Source of the DNA: Albugo candida
Lineage: Eukaryota
Assembly: GCA_040437565.1 (NCBI GenBank)
Contig: JBDOQK010000062.1
Location: 1 to 64,000, forward strand
Reading direction: 5' to 3'
DNA length: 64,000 nucleotides
The position numbers were made by a program, and so were the translations under genes. A model generated the notes under the pieces. It did no database searches, had not been told where the DNA came from, and worked only from the letters and a program-made list of their open reading frames with translations. Shown here piece after piece: positions 1 through 11,091 of the stretch. How positions within the stretch are numbered: position 1 is the stretch's first letter; every line of letters begins with the position of its first letter.

Positions 1-115
1 CCTAAACCCTAAACCCTAAACCCTAAACCCTAAACCCTAAACCCTAAACCCTAAACCCTAAACCCTAAACCCTAAACCCTAAACCCTAAACCCTAAACCC
101 TAAACCCTAAACCCT
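1..115 (-). repeat. Telomeric repeat array (TTTAGGG)n, chromosome left end
   Basis: About 16 perfect CCCTAAA units from base 1, C-rich strand on +, ending abruptly at ...aaccct|tatca. Confidence 0.98.
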
Positions 116-587
116 TATCAACGTTGTTCCTTACAAGAACACACGTCGTGTGGCGAAAACCACCTCATTCATTCAAGCAACACTTCTTACGTCAAAAGTA
201 ACAATAATACGGTTTTCTACCACCTTTGCCATTGTGCTAATTTTCTTACTCTCATCCATGCCATCTTTCCTTCATCCACTTTTCGTCTTCTAGAATACTT
301 GTGTCTTCGCGCAGTGAAGTGTGTTCAGGCATGCTATAGATGAACAGAGTAGAGATAGGCGCCCCAAATAGCACGTTAACTAGCAACGAGTAGCAAAAGG
401 CCGTGGTGTGAAATACGCTCCGTACCGACTTATCTATTGACCTAAGAGATGCAACGGGGGAAAGCAGCAAGCAGGCCGTCGAGTGAGTCTTCACGAGGCT
501 AAGGATCTTTTTATATAACTACTCGTGGTTTCAATTGTCGCCATTTTCGGCTCTTGGTCTAAAGATCTGCCAACACCATTATGCGCT

Positions 588-622
588 TGGCTTTACACAA
601 CCTGGCTTTACACAACCTGGCT
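588..622. repeat. 15-bp tandem repeat TGGCTTTACACAACC, about 2.3 copies
   Basis: Read directly: 588-602, 603-617 and partial 618-622. Confidence 0.85.
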
Positions 623-818
623 CTTAAGCTTTTCAAAAATCAAAACCGAACCGTTCCTGGAGATATTTGAAATATGGCGTACATTTGCGAAGACTCACAA
701 AATCAGGCTTCGGTCGCCCGGACAGATTTATTAAGTTGTAGGCTGCGATGTGTCTTCATCTTGACATTCAGAAATGAATGGACTGCGTTGAACTGCAGCC
801 TGAAGGGTGAAAAAAGTA

Positions 819-834
819 GCTCATTTCCGAATTA
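819..834 (+). promoter_or_regulatory. Oomycete INR+FPR core promoter element
   Basis: GCTCATTTCCGAATTA matches the oomycete consensus GCTCATTYBNNNWTTY at 15/16 positions, 3 nt before ATG 838. Confidence 0.65.
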
Positions 835-837
835 GCT

Positions 838-1254
838 ATGGTCAAGACAAATGAGACCAAGGGCATATGTCTTTTCCCTGCGTGTGCTGGGAAAAAACCG
901 ATTCTAGCCAGGAGCTTTCCAAGACATTACAGGAAGCATCATCAGGAAGTCAATCGAGACGGGAGCCTCGTCGAACAAACGCGGTTCAGATCACGGATGA
1001 CGAAAAAGCGATACTTCCAACCAGTCGCTGCATCTTTGGAGACGAAGGAGTGGCCCGTGGCAGGGAGCTTGGAGACGAAACAGCAACTCATGATGCAAGC
1101 TTCAGTAATTACAGACCTTAAAAATCGAATTGCACGTCTGGAAAAGTGCATCGAGTCCCAACGTTCGGGAGACCAGCTGGACGAATTGGACGGTACCAGA
1201 CATACTATCGATTTGCCTCAAAGCGATATTGAGGACGAAGACCTTGCTCGATAG
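838..1254 (+). CDS. Small telomere-proximal protein with C2H2-like zinc finger, 11-aa tandem repeat, coiled coil and acidic tail (138 aa)
   Basis: Intact ATG-to-TAG ORF; C-x4-C-x13-H-x3-H (CLFPAC...RHYRKH); PVAASLETKEW/PVAGSLETKQQ repeat; heptad-like ITDLKNRIARLEKCIE; INR+FPR directly upstream. Confidence 0.6.
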   Translation: MVKTNETKGICLFPACAGKKPILARSFPRHYRKHHQEVNRDGSLVEQTRFRSRMTKKRYFQPVAASLETKEWPVAGSLETKQQLMMQASVITDLKNRIARLEKCIESQRSGDQLDELDGTRHTIDLPQSDIEDEDLAR

Positions 1255-1336
1255 GAATCTTAACCACGCATGTCAGACTCATGCAAATAAGCTTTGTCTT
1301 CTTATGATAAGTATACAACGTTTTGATGACTTTTAC

Positions 1337-1634
1337 TGTCGAATGTACTTGATATGCACCTGTTGCAACGGAGATAGAAGTAAACGTACAATATATTTAG
1401 CATTAACCTTGTTTGTCAAAGATACAACATGCATGTGCAACTGCATTACAAACTTGACTATGCCACGTCTCACATGACGTCCGTCTGATCCCACATGGTG
1501 GCCGTCTCTACTCGTCTCATCTATCATGTTCTCATCAAACAGCAATTCAGGTGGGGTGGGACTTTACCTGCAATGGGTCTTGCAGTTGATACTCAAACCT
1601 TTCACGACCTGTCAGAAAACGATCTCTTCTAACA
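1337..1634 (-). repeat. Copia 3' LTR
   Basis: TG...CA bounded; aligns with 5855-6154 at roughly 85% identity by eye; short purine run GAGAAG precedes it on the minus strand. Confidence 0.9.
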
Positions 1635-1699
1635 CTTCTCATCGACGTCGTCCTGGATGGCCTTTAACTTGAACATACCACGCAGGCATGGGATCCATG

Positions 1700-4600
1700 A
1701 TGCTGGTAGTGCCTTCGTCCACAGATCTGCCATCATATCATCACACTTGACAAAGCTTGGCTGCACGACCTAATCTTGAGCGTGGTGACAGATAAACTTG
1801 AAAGGAATGTCGACATGTTCGCGCTTGAGATCCTCTTCTCGTTTTCCAATTGCTGGACTGTCGCTTGATCGTCCATCCACATGCGTATCGGCTTCACAAG
1901 ATTCAGGTCCAGTTCTCCAAACAATTCCCTCAGCCCTAGAATCTCACGACCAGCATGCGACGCAGCGATTAACTCCACTTCCATGGTGCTAAGCGAAACA
2001 CCATTCTGCTTCTTGCACGTCCACGATACCACTGCACCGTCCTTCGTCAGCACGCATCCTGACACTGACTTTCTATCCGACTTATCCTGGGAATAGTCCG
2101 CGTTGCTCAAGCTTTGGGTCTTAATAGGGTCCCCTTGTTGGCTTGTACTGTCGAGGCATAACTTAAGTGACTTTGTCTCCTTTAGATATCGTGCAATTCA
2201 CTTGGTCATTTTCTAATCCCTCATCTTCGGTTCATGTGTCTGCTTGGTTGCGCGGTGCACTGCAAAACAGATATCTGGGCGAGTACATGATGCAACTCAT
2301 AGTAGACAACTAACGAGGGACTGAAGGGCTTTCATACTTTCTAGTCCACCGGCGGATTCACGACAACTAAATCTTTCATTTCGAGTGACACCATGCTGTC
2401 GACGTACACATAAAAAACCGCAACATTCGCATCGGTATTTTCACTGTACAGACACATTTCTTTTACACTGCTTGAAACCCAGATCAACCAGCTTCGTGTG
2501 CAATAGCTTGCTGCATATCCTTCCAGCTTACTTCAGGCCATGAAGTTACTTCATCAACAATAGAGCAAGCTCTTACGTACGCTTCTCTCCATGTTGCTTA
2601 CAGATATTTTGAGAGACTTGCATTACGCTTGGCATATGTCAACGTCTTTTTCCCTTCCTGCCCTGAAATATGCGTTTGGTACGTCACCGGCACGTTCTAT
2701 CGACGATGGAGGACCGAGAACACCTTCACGGTACCAAGTTCCATTACCGCAGCGAAAGTCAAAGCGTTATCGATTCCGCTGAATTGTTCATTTCCACATG
2801 CAACGAGTCTTGCCTTATATCTCTCCACATTATCAGCATCTTTCTTCGTCTTGGAAGCCCACTTGTTGTGGAGAACGTGTGAGTCTTTAGGTGGAACTAC
2901 CACTCTCCACAACCTATTTGCCTCCAAAGCTTCAGGTCTTCATTTTTAGCCACGACCCACTTATCCTTGCTAGCGCTCCTAACAGACTCGCCGTAATTTC
3001 TTGGGTCTTCTTCTCTGATACTGCTGACAACGTCTCGGACTTCAAAAATGTATTAGTTATGACTTCGCGAATCGACTTCATCGCATCTTGACCGTGTCAG
3101 GTATCGATCACGTGTCCATACGGACGATCCGCCTTTCGTTAGGTGCTTGCCATAGCTGCCATCACGCTCCTCTGACCTTCAGTGCCATTCATATCTTTCA
3201 CCAATTCACTGTCTTGAATATTGGTCAGAGTTTTAACATTCCCAAGAAGCAGAATTACCACCACAACACGCTCCTTCGGTATTTGAACCCAATGTCTCTT
3301 TATATCATCGTCCTTCCCGATGATCATTGCTGCTTTCCCGCTCACGCCCAAATATTTGTTGTTATTTTTCAGGTGCACCTGCATGGGGGCCGAAGACGAT
3401 AATGTAACTCAAAAACGGTCGTTTCTTGGTCAACATCTCAATCGTCTACATCCCACCTTCATTTTCCTCGGTGGGACTTCGATGTACGACGGAGGTTGCA
3501 TATTCGGCAGCGTCGCCCCAGAACTTTAAGGGTAGCCTACTTGCAAACACCATGCTTCGCACCATGTTCATAATGGTGCGATACATCCTTCCAGCTTTGC
3601 CATTGCTTGCCTGGTTATTTATTTTACTTACTTGTCGCAAAATACCAGTTTTCTTGCGAAACACGTACAGAGGTTTGTATTCGCCTCCACCGACTGTACG
3701 CAGAACGTTTATACGGGAATTGAACCGCTTTTCAAAAACAACAAGAAGTGCTTGAACGTGATCGCAGCGACATCCTCAGTCTTCTCGGGGAACACTCGGC
3801 AATAGTTTGACTGATGATCGATAAAGTTGATCAGATACCTATTCTCAGTCTATCAAGGGGAGGCATGGTACCTTTTAAGTCGGGACAGATGACGCCACCG
3901 GTCGAATCGATCGGCGGATTCAACCCGCTGTCGTTGCGCGACTGTGCTTTCTTCGTTTCTTGCTGTGAGCGCACGCCAAGGAGTTTGTACGCCTAGTATC
4001 AGTCAGTTGAGACCAGAGTCATGGCCATGGGTCATCTTGATGATTGCTATCATAATATAATGACCCAACGACGATGGAACTATAACCAGCTTCCAAGATG
4101 AACACCCGTGTTGTGTTCGTGTCCATCAAGCATTCACGATTGTCATAACCGCCTTCTTTGGTGAATTCAATCTACGAAAGTCGCTGATCGAAATACCATT
4201 TTGACTGAAACGACAAAAACATCATTAATTAGATCAGCGTCCATGATTTGTTCACCTCCTGGATGAGAGACCATAACCTGCCTCCCTTCACGGTATTCAA
4301 GAGCGCATCCCTTCTTTACCAATTTACCAAAGGAACTGATGTTACGCCCCAAATTGGTACGTATTGAACCTCAAGAAGTCAGATGGGCTTCACAATACCA
4401 AGTTCCTTGACCCGGATCACCACAGTTCCTTGCTTGGTGGTTCTCAAGAGTACCCCACCAGGAGCTGCGGTAAAACATTCGTTTCGGTAGTCGACCACAT
4501 CGCCGAGCAGGCTCAAGTCATTGACCGAATCTTTTCCTCAGTCGCTGTTCAAAACCCAGTTGCCAGTTGAGCGGCACCGTCCATCGCTAACCGTTAGAAT

Positions 4601-5800
4601 GAAATCTTCATCTTGTCGTTTCTTTTGCCTTTCTTCGGGCAAACTGCCTTGAGGTGACCAGTGTTGCAACATAAACAGCACCTTTTTGCGACTCTATCTC
4701 CAGGAAGCTTCTTGACCTTTCCAAAGTTCACTATTTCATTCTTCGACTCGACGACGTTTACTACGTCGAAATCGAATCGAAATGTTTGACTCAAATGGCG
4801 AGGTCTTTCGATTGTGCAGCTCTTCAATTTGTCGTAGGTAGTTAACCCTATTCAGGTCCACACGGGACAACAGCGTCGTGCGCATAGCTGCATCAGCATA
4901 GTGAACTTGTTGTCCAAGACAAGGCTTTCCGCTCCTCCCACGCGTCACTCACAGCTGTCAGATACAAGACATCTTCCTTCCAGCTACGCTGTGATGACTT
5001 CGGGGCAATGATCAACTCCATGCTTTGGATAGGTGTTATCTTGATAGTGAAAGTCCAGAGCAACCTTTGCATAGCATGCTCCAAGTTCTCACCCAGACCA
5101 CCAAGTCTCTACCTGCCGACGATGATATTTCTGTGCGATGCCTGCAAGGTTTTGACCGAGAACATCAACCTTGATGTCTTCAGACCCCAAAAAACCACAG
5201 GCACGCTCGGAGAAGTCAACTTGTCGCACAAACGTTTTTCCATATTTAATGAACCCACTACCAAGTCCATGGTAGAGTTCCTTTCCGTCGAAAGATTGGA
5301 CCGCCAATTTTCGTTGACGACCATCCGGTACGCCTTCAAGTATCTGCCCAGGATGGTAATAACCAGTACCTGGTATACGCATACCTGGGTGAACTCCTGC
5401 AGGTGCACCTGTCCATGAAAGCCAGCATCAAGTCTCTGACCTATTCCATCCTTTCCATCGACCTGAGCCCATGGGTCAACCATATTCCAAACATACGTTG
5501 GTTGTCGGGCACCAAAGAAGGTGGCCGACGACATTCGATGAACGTTTGGATCGAGGAGAATGATCCAAAGTCTAGAGTTTTATACCTTCCCCTCATCCCA
5601 AAATCAAAACAAAAGGGCGTGACTCCGCAGAGTCCTTGCCATGTTGCTTGCCGTGTCCGTTTTGCGATGATTCCATTCTACACGTTCGCTCCGACAAATC
5701 ACCAAGCGTAGCGAGCAGCTTGTCTAGTGCTGCCACGGGCACTGCCGACTTTTCTTCCAATTGCTGGTCGTCGGTCGTGTCCTGACCATCGACTACCACT
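1700..5800 (-). pseudogene. Copia gag-pol, multiply frameshifted and stopped
   Basis: Zinc knuckle CCLCCNTGHLKAVCP (~4650-4690); protease-like WVLNSD (~4540); integrase NGKAGRMYRTIMNMVRSM..FWGDAAEYA (~3480-3610); RT RYKARLVACG (~2800) and YVDS for YVDD (~2400); RNase H ADYSQDKSDRKSVSG..LSTMEVELIA (~1960-2100). Confidence 0.9.
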
Positions 5801-5841
5801 GCGGGTTTACCTTATTGGGCTGCGCCGCTAACACGATCCTT

Positions 5842-5854
5842 TGGGCTCATAACC
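5842..5854 (-). promoter_or_regulatory. Copia primer-binding site GGTTATGAGCCCA (half-tRNA-iMet type)
   Basis: Immediately 3' of the 5' LTR on the minus strand; one mismatch to the GGTTATGGGCCCA PBS of Drosophila copia-type elements. Confidence 0.85.
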
Positions 5855-6154
5855 TGCTGAAAGTACATATATTACACTTTTTGCTGCAATAGAGGTAGAA
5901 GTAAGCGTGAAATATATTTAGTTTTAGCCTTGTTTGCCAACACCACAACATGCATGTGTAACGGCATTACAAACTTGACTATGTCACGTCTCATTGACGT
6001 CCGTCTGGTCCCACATAGTGGCCGTCTGTTCTCGTCTCATCTGTCGTGTTCTCATCAAACAGCAGTTCAGGTGAGGCTGGACTTTACCTTCATTGGGGCT
6101 TGCAGTTGATACTCAAATCCTTGACGACCTGTCAGAAAACGATCACTATTAACG
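5855..6154 (-). repeat. Copia 5' LTR
   Basis: Direct repeat of 1337-1634; outer TG mutated to CG on the element strand. Confidence 0.9.
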
Positions 6155-7150
6155 TTTCCTTTCTCGTTTTGTGCTCTACTTGAAGCCCTCACCGCTCTAG
6201 TGACGAGCGCACAAGATAAGATTGAGATTTCTATCTTTTCGACCTGTACAATAGGTGCTTGGTGCATTTGGAGTGTAAATGAATGACTAGATTTTTCTAA
6301 AACATCCACTTGTAATACCCAAAAACAGTTCAGAGGATAAATAGAACAGAAGTTCAGACTTCGTTCTAGTAAATTATCGATCGATGTGCAGGTTCTGCAT
6401 GGGTGCGTACAGCGCACAAGAACGCCAATGACTGTAAGCTTCCAGTGCCTCACGTCCCATGCGTCCGTTTCTTACGGACGGTCGGCACAGTCAGTAGCGC
6501 AGCTAATTAGTACGATAAGATATGTCATGTGCACAGAAACATAGAATCATATCTACTGAGTTACGTAAAGTAAGTGGCGTTAGATCTGATTGTCATGACT
6601 CAAAAAAATAAATTCAGTGTAGTGGTTCGTTCTGATGGACCAGATCAACTGGAGGTTTGTTATAGTGGATCGCATCGACCAACATCAGTTAAGTTCGCTC
6701 ATCAATGATCGACACATTTGTAACGAGCGAGAATTGATCTTTTGATCGGAGAGGTTGATCCTGGAAGATCTGATTGAGCTCCTTTCATATAAATACGTAG
6801 ACACGTTACCAGTGAAACCAGTCAGTATGACAAGTGAACTAAGCGTAAACCGCATTTTCGAAATATGGTGATGATACGCTTAGTTTGGTTCTGGAACGAC
6901 TTTTAATGATGAGACCCCAATCAAACGAGGATTGAGATGGAATACCGCAAAGAAGCCTATGTAATCGTAATCTCAAAAATTAAGCTGAAGCGGTATAAGA
7001 TAATGGCTGTGCTACTGAACTGTGCAGGTCACTTCCTGTATCTCTAATTAAACGTTTGAGGCTCTTTGTTTTAATTGTCACAAATATATTACAAAATTGG
7101 GTCAAGATCACAGTCATAGTGGACTTGGAGCGAGCTAGATTCAAGGCTCA

Positions 7151-8690
7151 GTTGAAGGTGTCTATATTACTAGAATTAGACTAACTGACTTCTCTAGTTG
7201 CCTAGGATATCTTAAATAACATATATACATATAAAAAACGTTTCGTGAAATACCCGTGAGAGATGGTAATTTGTACCTCGTTGATAATCTCGTATCGCAG
7301 TAGCCTCAGCACCCTTAATACGAGACTGTGTCCAGCTTGTAAAGTTGTAAAGTTGTAAAGTTGTAAAGCTGTATAAATGGTCCAAAAGTAGCGTGGAATG
7401 CAAAGTGGTGTGCGCCACNNNNNNNNNNNNNNNNNNNNNNNNNNNNNNNNNNNNNNNNNNNNNNNNNNNNNNNNNNNNNNNNNNNNNNNNNNNNNNNNNN
7501 NNNNNNNNNNNNNNNNNNCCGAGAATATCAAATTCTCGGAAGGAGTAGCTGTTACCGAGAATCCTTACTTTTTCCTTGGCCAATCTCTGGCAGACTTCCT
7601 CTTCGGTAACAAGTAGTCTCAAATTACCACCGGGTAATTTTGCCTATTGGCCAATTTTTCCAGCTTCAAAAAGCTCGTCGACTCTCACATTACCATGATC
7701 TCGAACAAAAGATTGCAAAATATGCGCTGGTGGGTTTCGAACCAGCGCTTGTCCAGTCTCCAATACAACCGAGAATTTTGGCGCTCGGTAATACGAAAGT
7801 TTGGCTGCAGTTAAGTGAGCAGACAAAACCTCCCAACTTAAACGGCCCTCTTGGAACAGCTTTCAATTGCGCGTAGATCCGACGCTAAAGGCTTGGGCAT
7901 TTCAACCTTCCAGGTTGCTTTTTTAGCCGCTTTATCCTTGTGGATTTCCTCATGACTCTTCAGGATATCGGCGAGACATGGCCACTTACCGGTTTTCTTT
8001 CCTTGCTCAACCGGTCTCCGAGGTGCTGACGGCAACGCGTCATCCACCTCCATTGCGACCGGCTGATTGGCAGGAATGGGATTGGGAGAGAGAGGTGTCT
8101 CAATTTCCACATCGGCCTCTGATTGGCCAATCACCACGTCAGCCGGTAAAGGGTTGGACGGGATAGGTGAGGACGTGGGCGTATCATTTACAGGTAACGA
8201 GTCACTAACGGACGAGTTACGATGAGACAAGTTACCCACATCCGGTGATGAAACGGACAAGTTATTAGGATACGGGTGGTCAGCACCCGGTGAGGTGACG
8301 GTAGGAAGACTTGAGATATCGATAGAAACCCCAATCTTCGACAGGGTAGAATGTTTGTTGTACTCAGTTTTGGCATGTATGCAGCAGCTGGCAATTAGAG
8401 AAGTCTCGTCAGGGGGCTTAGGGGTTAGTGAATACGTGTTCCGACCGTGTGTACCCTGGTTCAAATCCCGGCGGTGGCAAATGGGCTGCGGTGGGGCCCT
8501 TTGGCAGAGGCATAGATTCCCCCACGTAAATATCAACCTACTAAATGAAAATATGGACGTGTTAAGACCGCTGACAACTACACCGGGCTCTTCAGACCGT
8601 TACATACTAGTGATTGTAATAGAGTAGATAACCACCAAACTGTAGTAACAGAACGGTGTCTAAATAAAAGTACTACGGTCCAAGACCTCT
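7151..8690 (-). mobile_element. L1-like non-LTR retrotransposon copy A (5' region, broken ORF1, gap, 3' end)
   Basis: Pro/Ser-rich ORF 8536-7838 continuing by frameshifts to ...KLPGGNLRLLVTEEEVCQRLAKEKVRILGNSYSFREFDIL (ORF1-like); 7151-7418 is homologous to the 3' end of copy B, which carries L1-type RT; ORF2 is presumably hidden in the N gap. Confidence 0.6.
7337..7368. repeat. (TTGTAAAG)x4 tandem expansion inside LINE copy A 3' region
   Basis: Four perfect 8-mers; not expanded in the homologous segment near 10640. Confidence 0.85.
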
Positions 8691-8711
8691 AACTGAGCTG
8701 GGCCGGGCCCC
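8691..8711 (-). repeat. Truncated second tRNA-like head (GGGGCCCGGCCCAGCTCAGTT) interrupted by LINE copy A
   Basis: Repeats the head at 8960-8980, including the preceding CATGGTGAG, then homology stops in the D-loop. Confidence 0.7.
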
Positions 8712-8980
8712 TCTCACCATGATCTATTTTTTTTACTTAGTCAAGTATTTCATTACACTGTTTATCTGGTTCTGTAACTACCTTCCTTATCTTATCATGA
8801 GCCCCTGACCGTGTTAATATCACTTAAGTCGTACTTCAAGCCTAGGGAGGCAGATATTTTCCAAGCTTATTGCTTGTGTGGGATCAAACAGCTGCCCGCA
8901 CTGCCCGGGATCAAACTAATGAACTCCGGCAGAGGGTCCGTGCGCTCAAGTGCTCAACCAACTGAGCTGGAGCGGACCCC
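8712..8980 (-). mobile_element. tRNA-derived SINE-like repeat, ~270 bp
   Basis: A-box/D-arm GCTCAGTTGGTTGAGC, B-box-like AGTTTGATCC, acceptor-like GTCCGC/GCGGGC, ~170-nt body and A-rich tail; second copy at 10833-11091. Confidence 0.75.
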
Positions 8981-9479
8981 TCACCATGACCTATTGGCCC
9001 GGAGCGTGAACCTTCCGGCTGGTGATGTATTTGGTACCGGTTACGTATCTTGTCAGAACCCGGTCACGTCTCTAACGTATCAGATTGATATTTTTCGGGC
9101 CGATCTTTCGAGATATCGGATCAACGTCTTTTTTCTAGATATTCGGAGGGGAAATTCCTAATTAAAATATATACGTACCTTTTATCAAGAAAACAAGAGT
9201 CAACCAAGCTATCGACGAAGTTGTCGTCTGAATTGCTTGATGGAGGATTTGTGCCAGAAAAAGCATGACGAAGACACAAAAAAGTTAATTTTAGCGAAGT
9301 TATAGTCGTTTGCCGAGGTCTAGTGAAGAAGGACACTCAGGAGTTGAAGACATGAGTGCCAGCCAGGGGATGTATGAGGAGTTGGAGAGAATAGCGTCTA
9401 AGTCTGAAGAGCCCAAACAACCCAAGCGTTCCGGCGATTAGATCCAGCCGACCCATTTAATGGGGAACTCAAGGATGAT

Positions 9480-10190
9480 AAATTGCGGAGGATGACAGAG
9501 GATTATGAGATGAGAACGTCTCGGGGGATACTAGGATATCGAATGCACCCCAGCTTCCAAAGCACCCTATGTAGAGGTGAGACAGCAACGAGCAACGAGA
9601 TTCCGTGGAGCGATATCAAGGTTACTAAAACACGCTGCTACCGTTCGAAACATGTGTGAACAAGCCGTTCCTCATGCCAGTATAAGCTTGAGTGGATGTG
9701 TGGACGAGAGAGAACATTTTGAAATTTGGAATGGAAAAAAGACTCGACAGGAGTTACCCAAGAAGACTGGATAAACTATTTTCGGGAAGAGGGAGAGCCA
9801 AAGAATGGGGATTTGTCAAAGATCGATAAAGAAATGCGTAAAGTAAGGATAGATACCACGCTAACGGATGCAGGATCAAGAATATCGCGGTTGCAAAACC
9901 AAATTTACAGAACCTTGGATCAACACGGATTGCAAGAATACGTGGAACATGCGGATCCAAACGCATTGTCAAGTGGATGGTAGATACTTTGAAGTCTCGA
10001 ACATTCAAGAGAAAAATTGTGAAAAACTCGAAATGGACATTCACAAAATAAAGAAGAAAAACGCTGTGATTTTTCTGCAGTTGGTGTCAGGAGCTTTTGA
10101 AAAGTTACATGGAGTGGGACCGGATTCAATGAAGGATAATACGCCGCAAAGATCCGAATACAAGGACACGAAGTCAAATAGGGGCGAAAG
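9480..10190 (+). pseudogene. Ty3/Gypsy-like gag remnant (oomycete type)
   Basis: Frameshifted reading EWKKDSTGVTQEDWINYFREEGEP..KIDKEMRKVRIDTTLTDAGSRISRLQ..LDQHGL resembles oomycete Gypsy gag; recognised from memory only. Confidence 0.55.
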
Positions 10191-10197
10191 ACGCATG

Positions 10198-10832
10198 AAC
10201 TTCAGCGAAATACATGTTTCGCATTTTGGAAAAAAAATGGGCGTTGGAAAAAGTTTCATCGACTGGGTTCGTCTTTCGTACAATAACACAAAGGCGCAGT
10301 TGATGATTAATGGAAATATCACANNNNNNNNNNNNNNNNNNNNNNNNNNNNNNNNNNNNNNNNNNNNNNNNNNNNNNNNNNNNNNNNNNNNNNNNNNNNN
10401 NNNNNNNNNNNNNNNNNNNNNNNTCGAAGACAGTGTTACGACCGAGACGAATGCAATCGGCTCGCAAAGGTACTGGATAAAATCACAACGTAAGGATCAT
10501 TCGATCATTGTTGCGGGTACGACACAGACAAGTCAAAATGCAAGTGCAACTCAGATCCTAGTCCTAGTTGGATGGCATTGTTCGGTCGAGTGTGGCGGAC
10601 ACCAATTTGCAACCACGGTACTTTTGGACCATTTTTATAGCTTTACAGCATTTACAAAAGACACGGTCTCGTATTGAGGTGGCTGAGGCTACTGCGATTA
10701 ACGAGAAGACATATTATCATCTCTCATAGGTATTTTGACGAAACGTTTTTATATGTACATATGTTATTCAAGATAGCCTAGGCAACTAGAGAAGTCAGTT
10801 AGTCTAATTCTAGTAATATAGACACCTTCAAC
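10198..10832 (+). mobile_element. L1-like non-LTR retrotransposon copy B (RT fragment, gap, ORF2 end and 3' UTR)
   Basis: KKMGVGKSFIDWVRLSYNNTKAQLMING matches the L1/Tx1 RT segment (MGFG..FI.WI..LY......ING) that precedes the QG motif; 10592-10837 is an inverted homologue of 7146-7418. Confidence 0.7.
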
Positions 10833-11091
10833 TGAGCACTTGATCACACGAATCCCCTGTTGGAGGTCCTTAGTTCGATCACCGACAGTGTGGTCAGCGT
10901 TTTGAGCCCACCCAAGCAATAAGCTTGAATAATATCTGCTTCCCCAGGTTTGAAGTCAGACATAAGTGATATTCACACGGTCAGGAGCTCATGATAGGAT
11001 GAGGAAGGTAGTTGAAGAACCAGATAAAAAGTGTAATGAAATCCTTCAAAAAGTAAAAACAAAAACAAACAAAAATAGGTCATGGTGAGAG
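10833..11091 (+). mobile_element. SINE-like repeat, copy lacking the first ~23 nt of the tRNA-like head
   Basis: Aligns in inverted orientation with 8711-8956; B-box AGTTCGATC; A-rich tail followed by TAGGTCATGGTGAGAG. Confidence 0.75.

Larger units (their letters stand above)
1337..6154 (-). mobile_element. Full-length but degenerate Ty1/Copia LTR retrotransposon
   Basis: Two ~300-bp direct LTRs, PBS, gag-PR-IN-RT-RH remnants in Copia order, flanks TTTAC (1332-1336) and TTTCC (6155-6159) as a 4/5 target-site duplication. Confidence 0.93.

Noticed and set aside
8893-8978. Functional tRNA gene
   Set aside because: Anticodon and T stems do not pair properly, there is no oligo-T terminator, and it continues into a repeated body with an A-rich tail
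7141-10843. Large TIR DNA transposon bounded by ~270-bp inverted repeats
   Set aside because: No transposase seen; the repeats are better explained as the 3' ends of two opposed LINE copies, one with RT upstream
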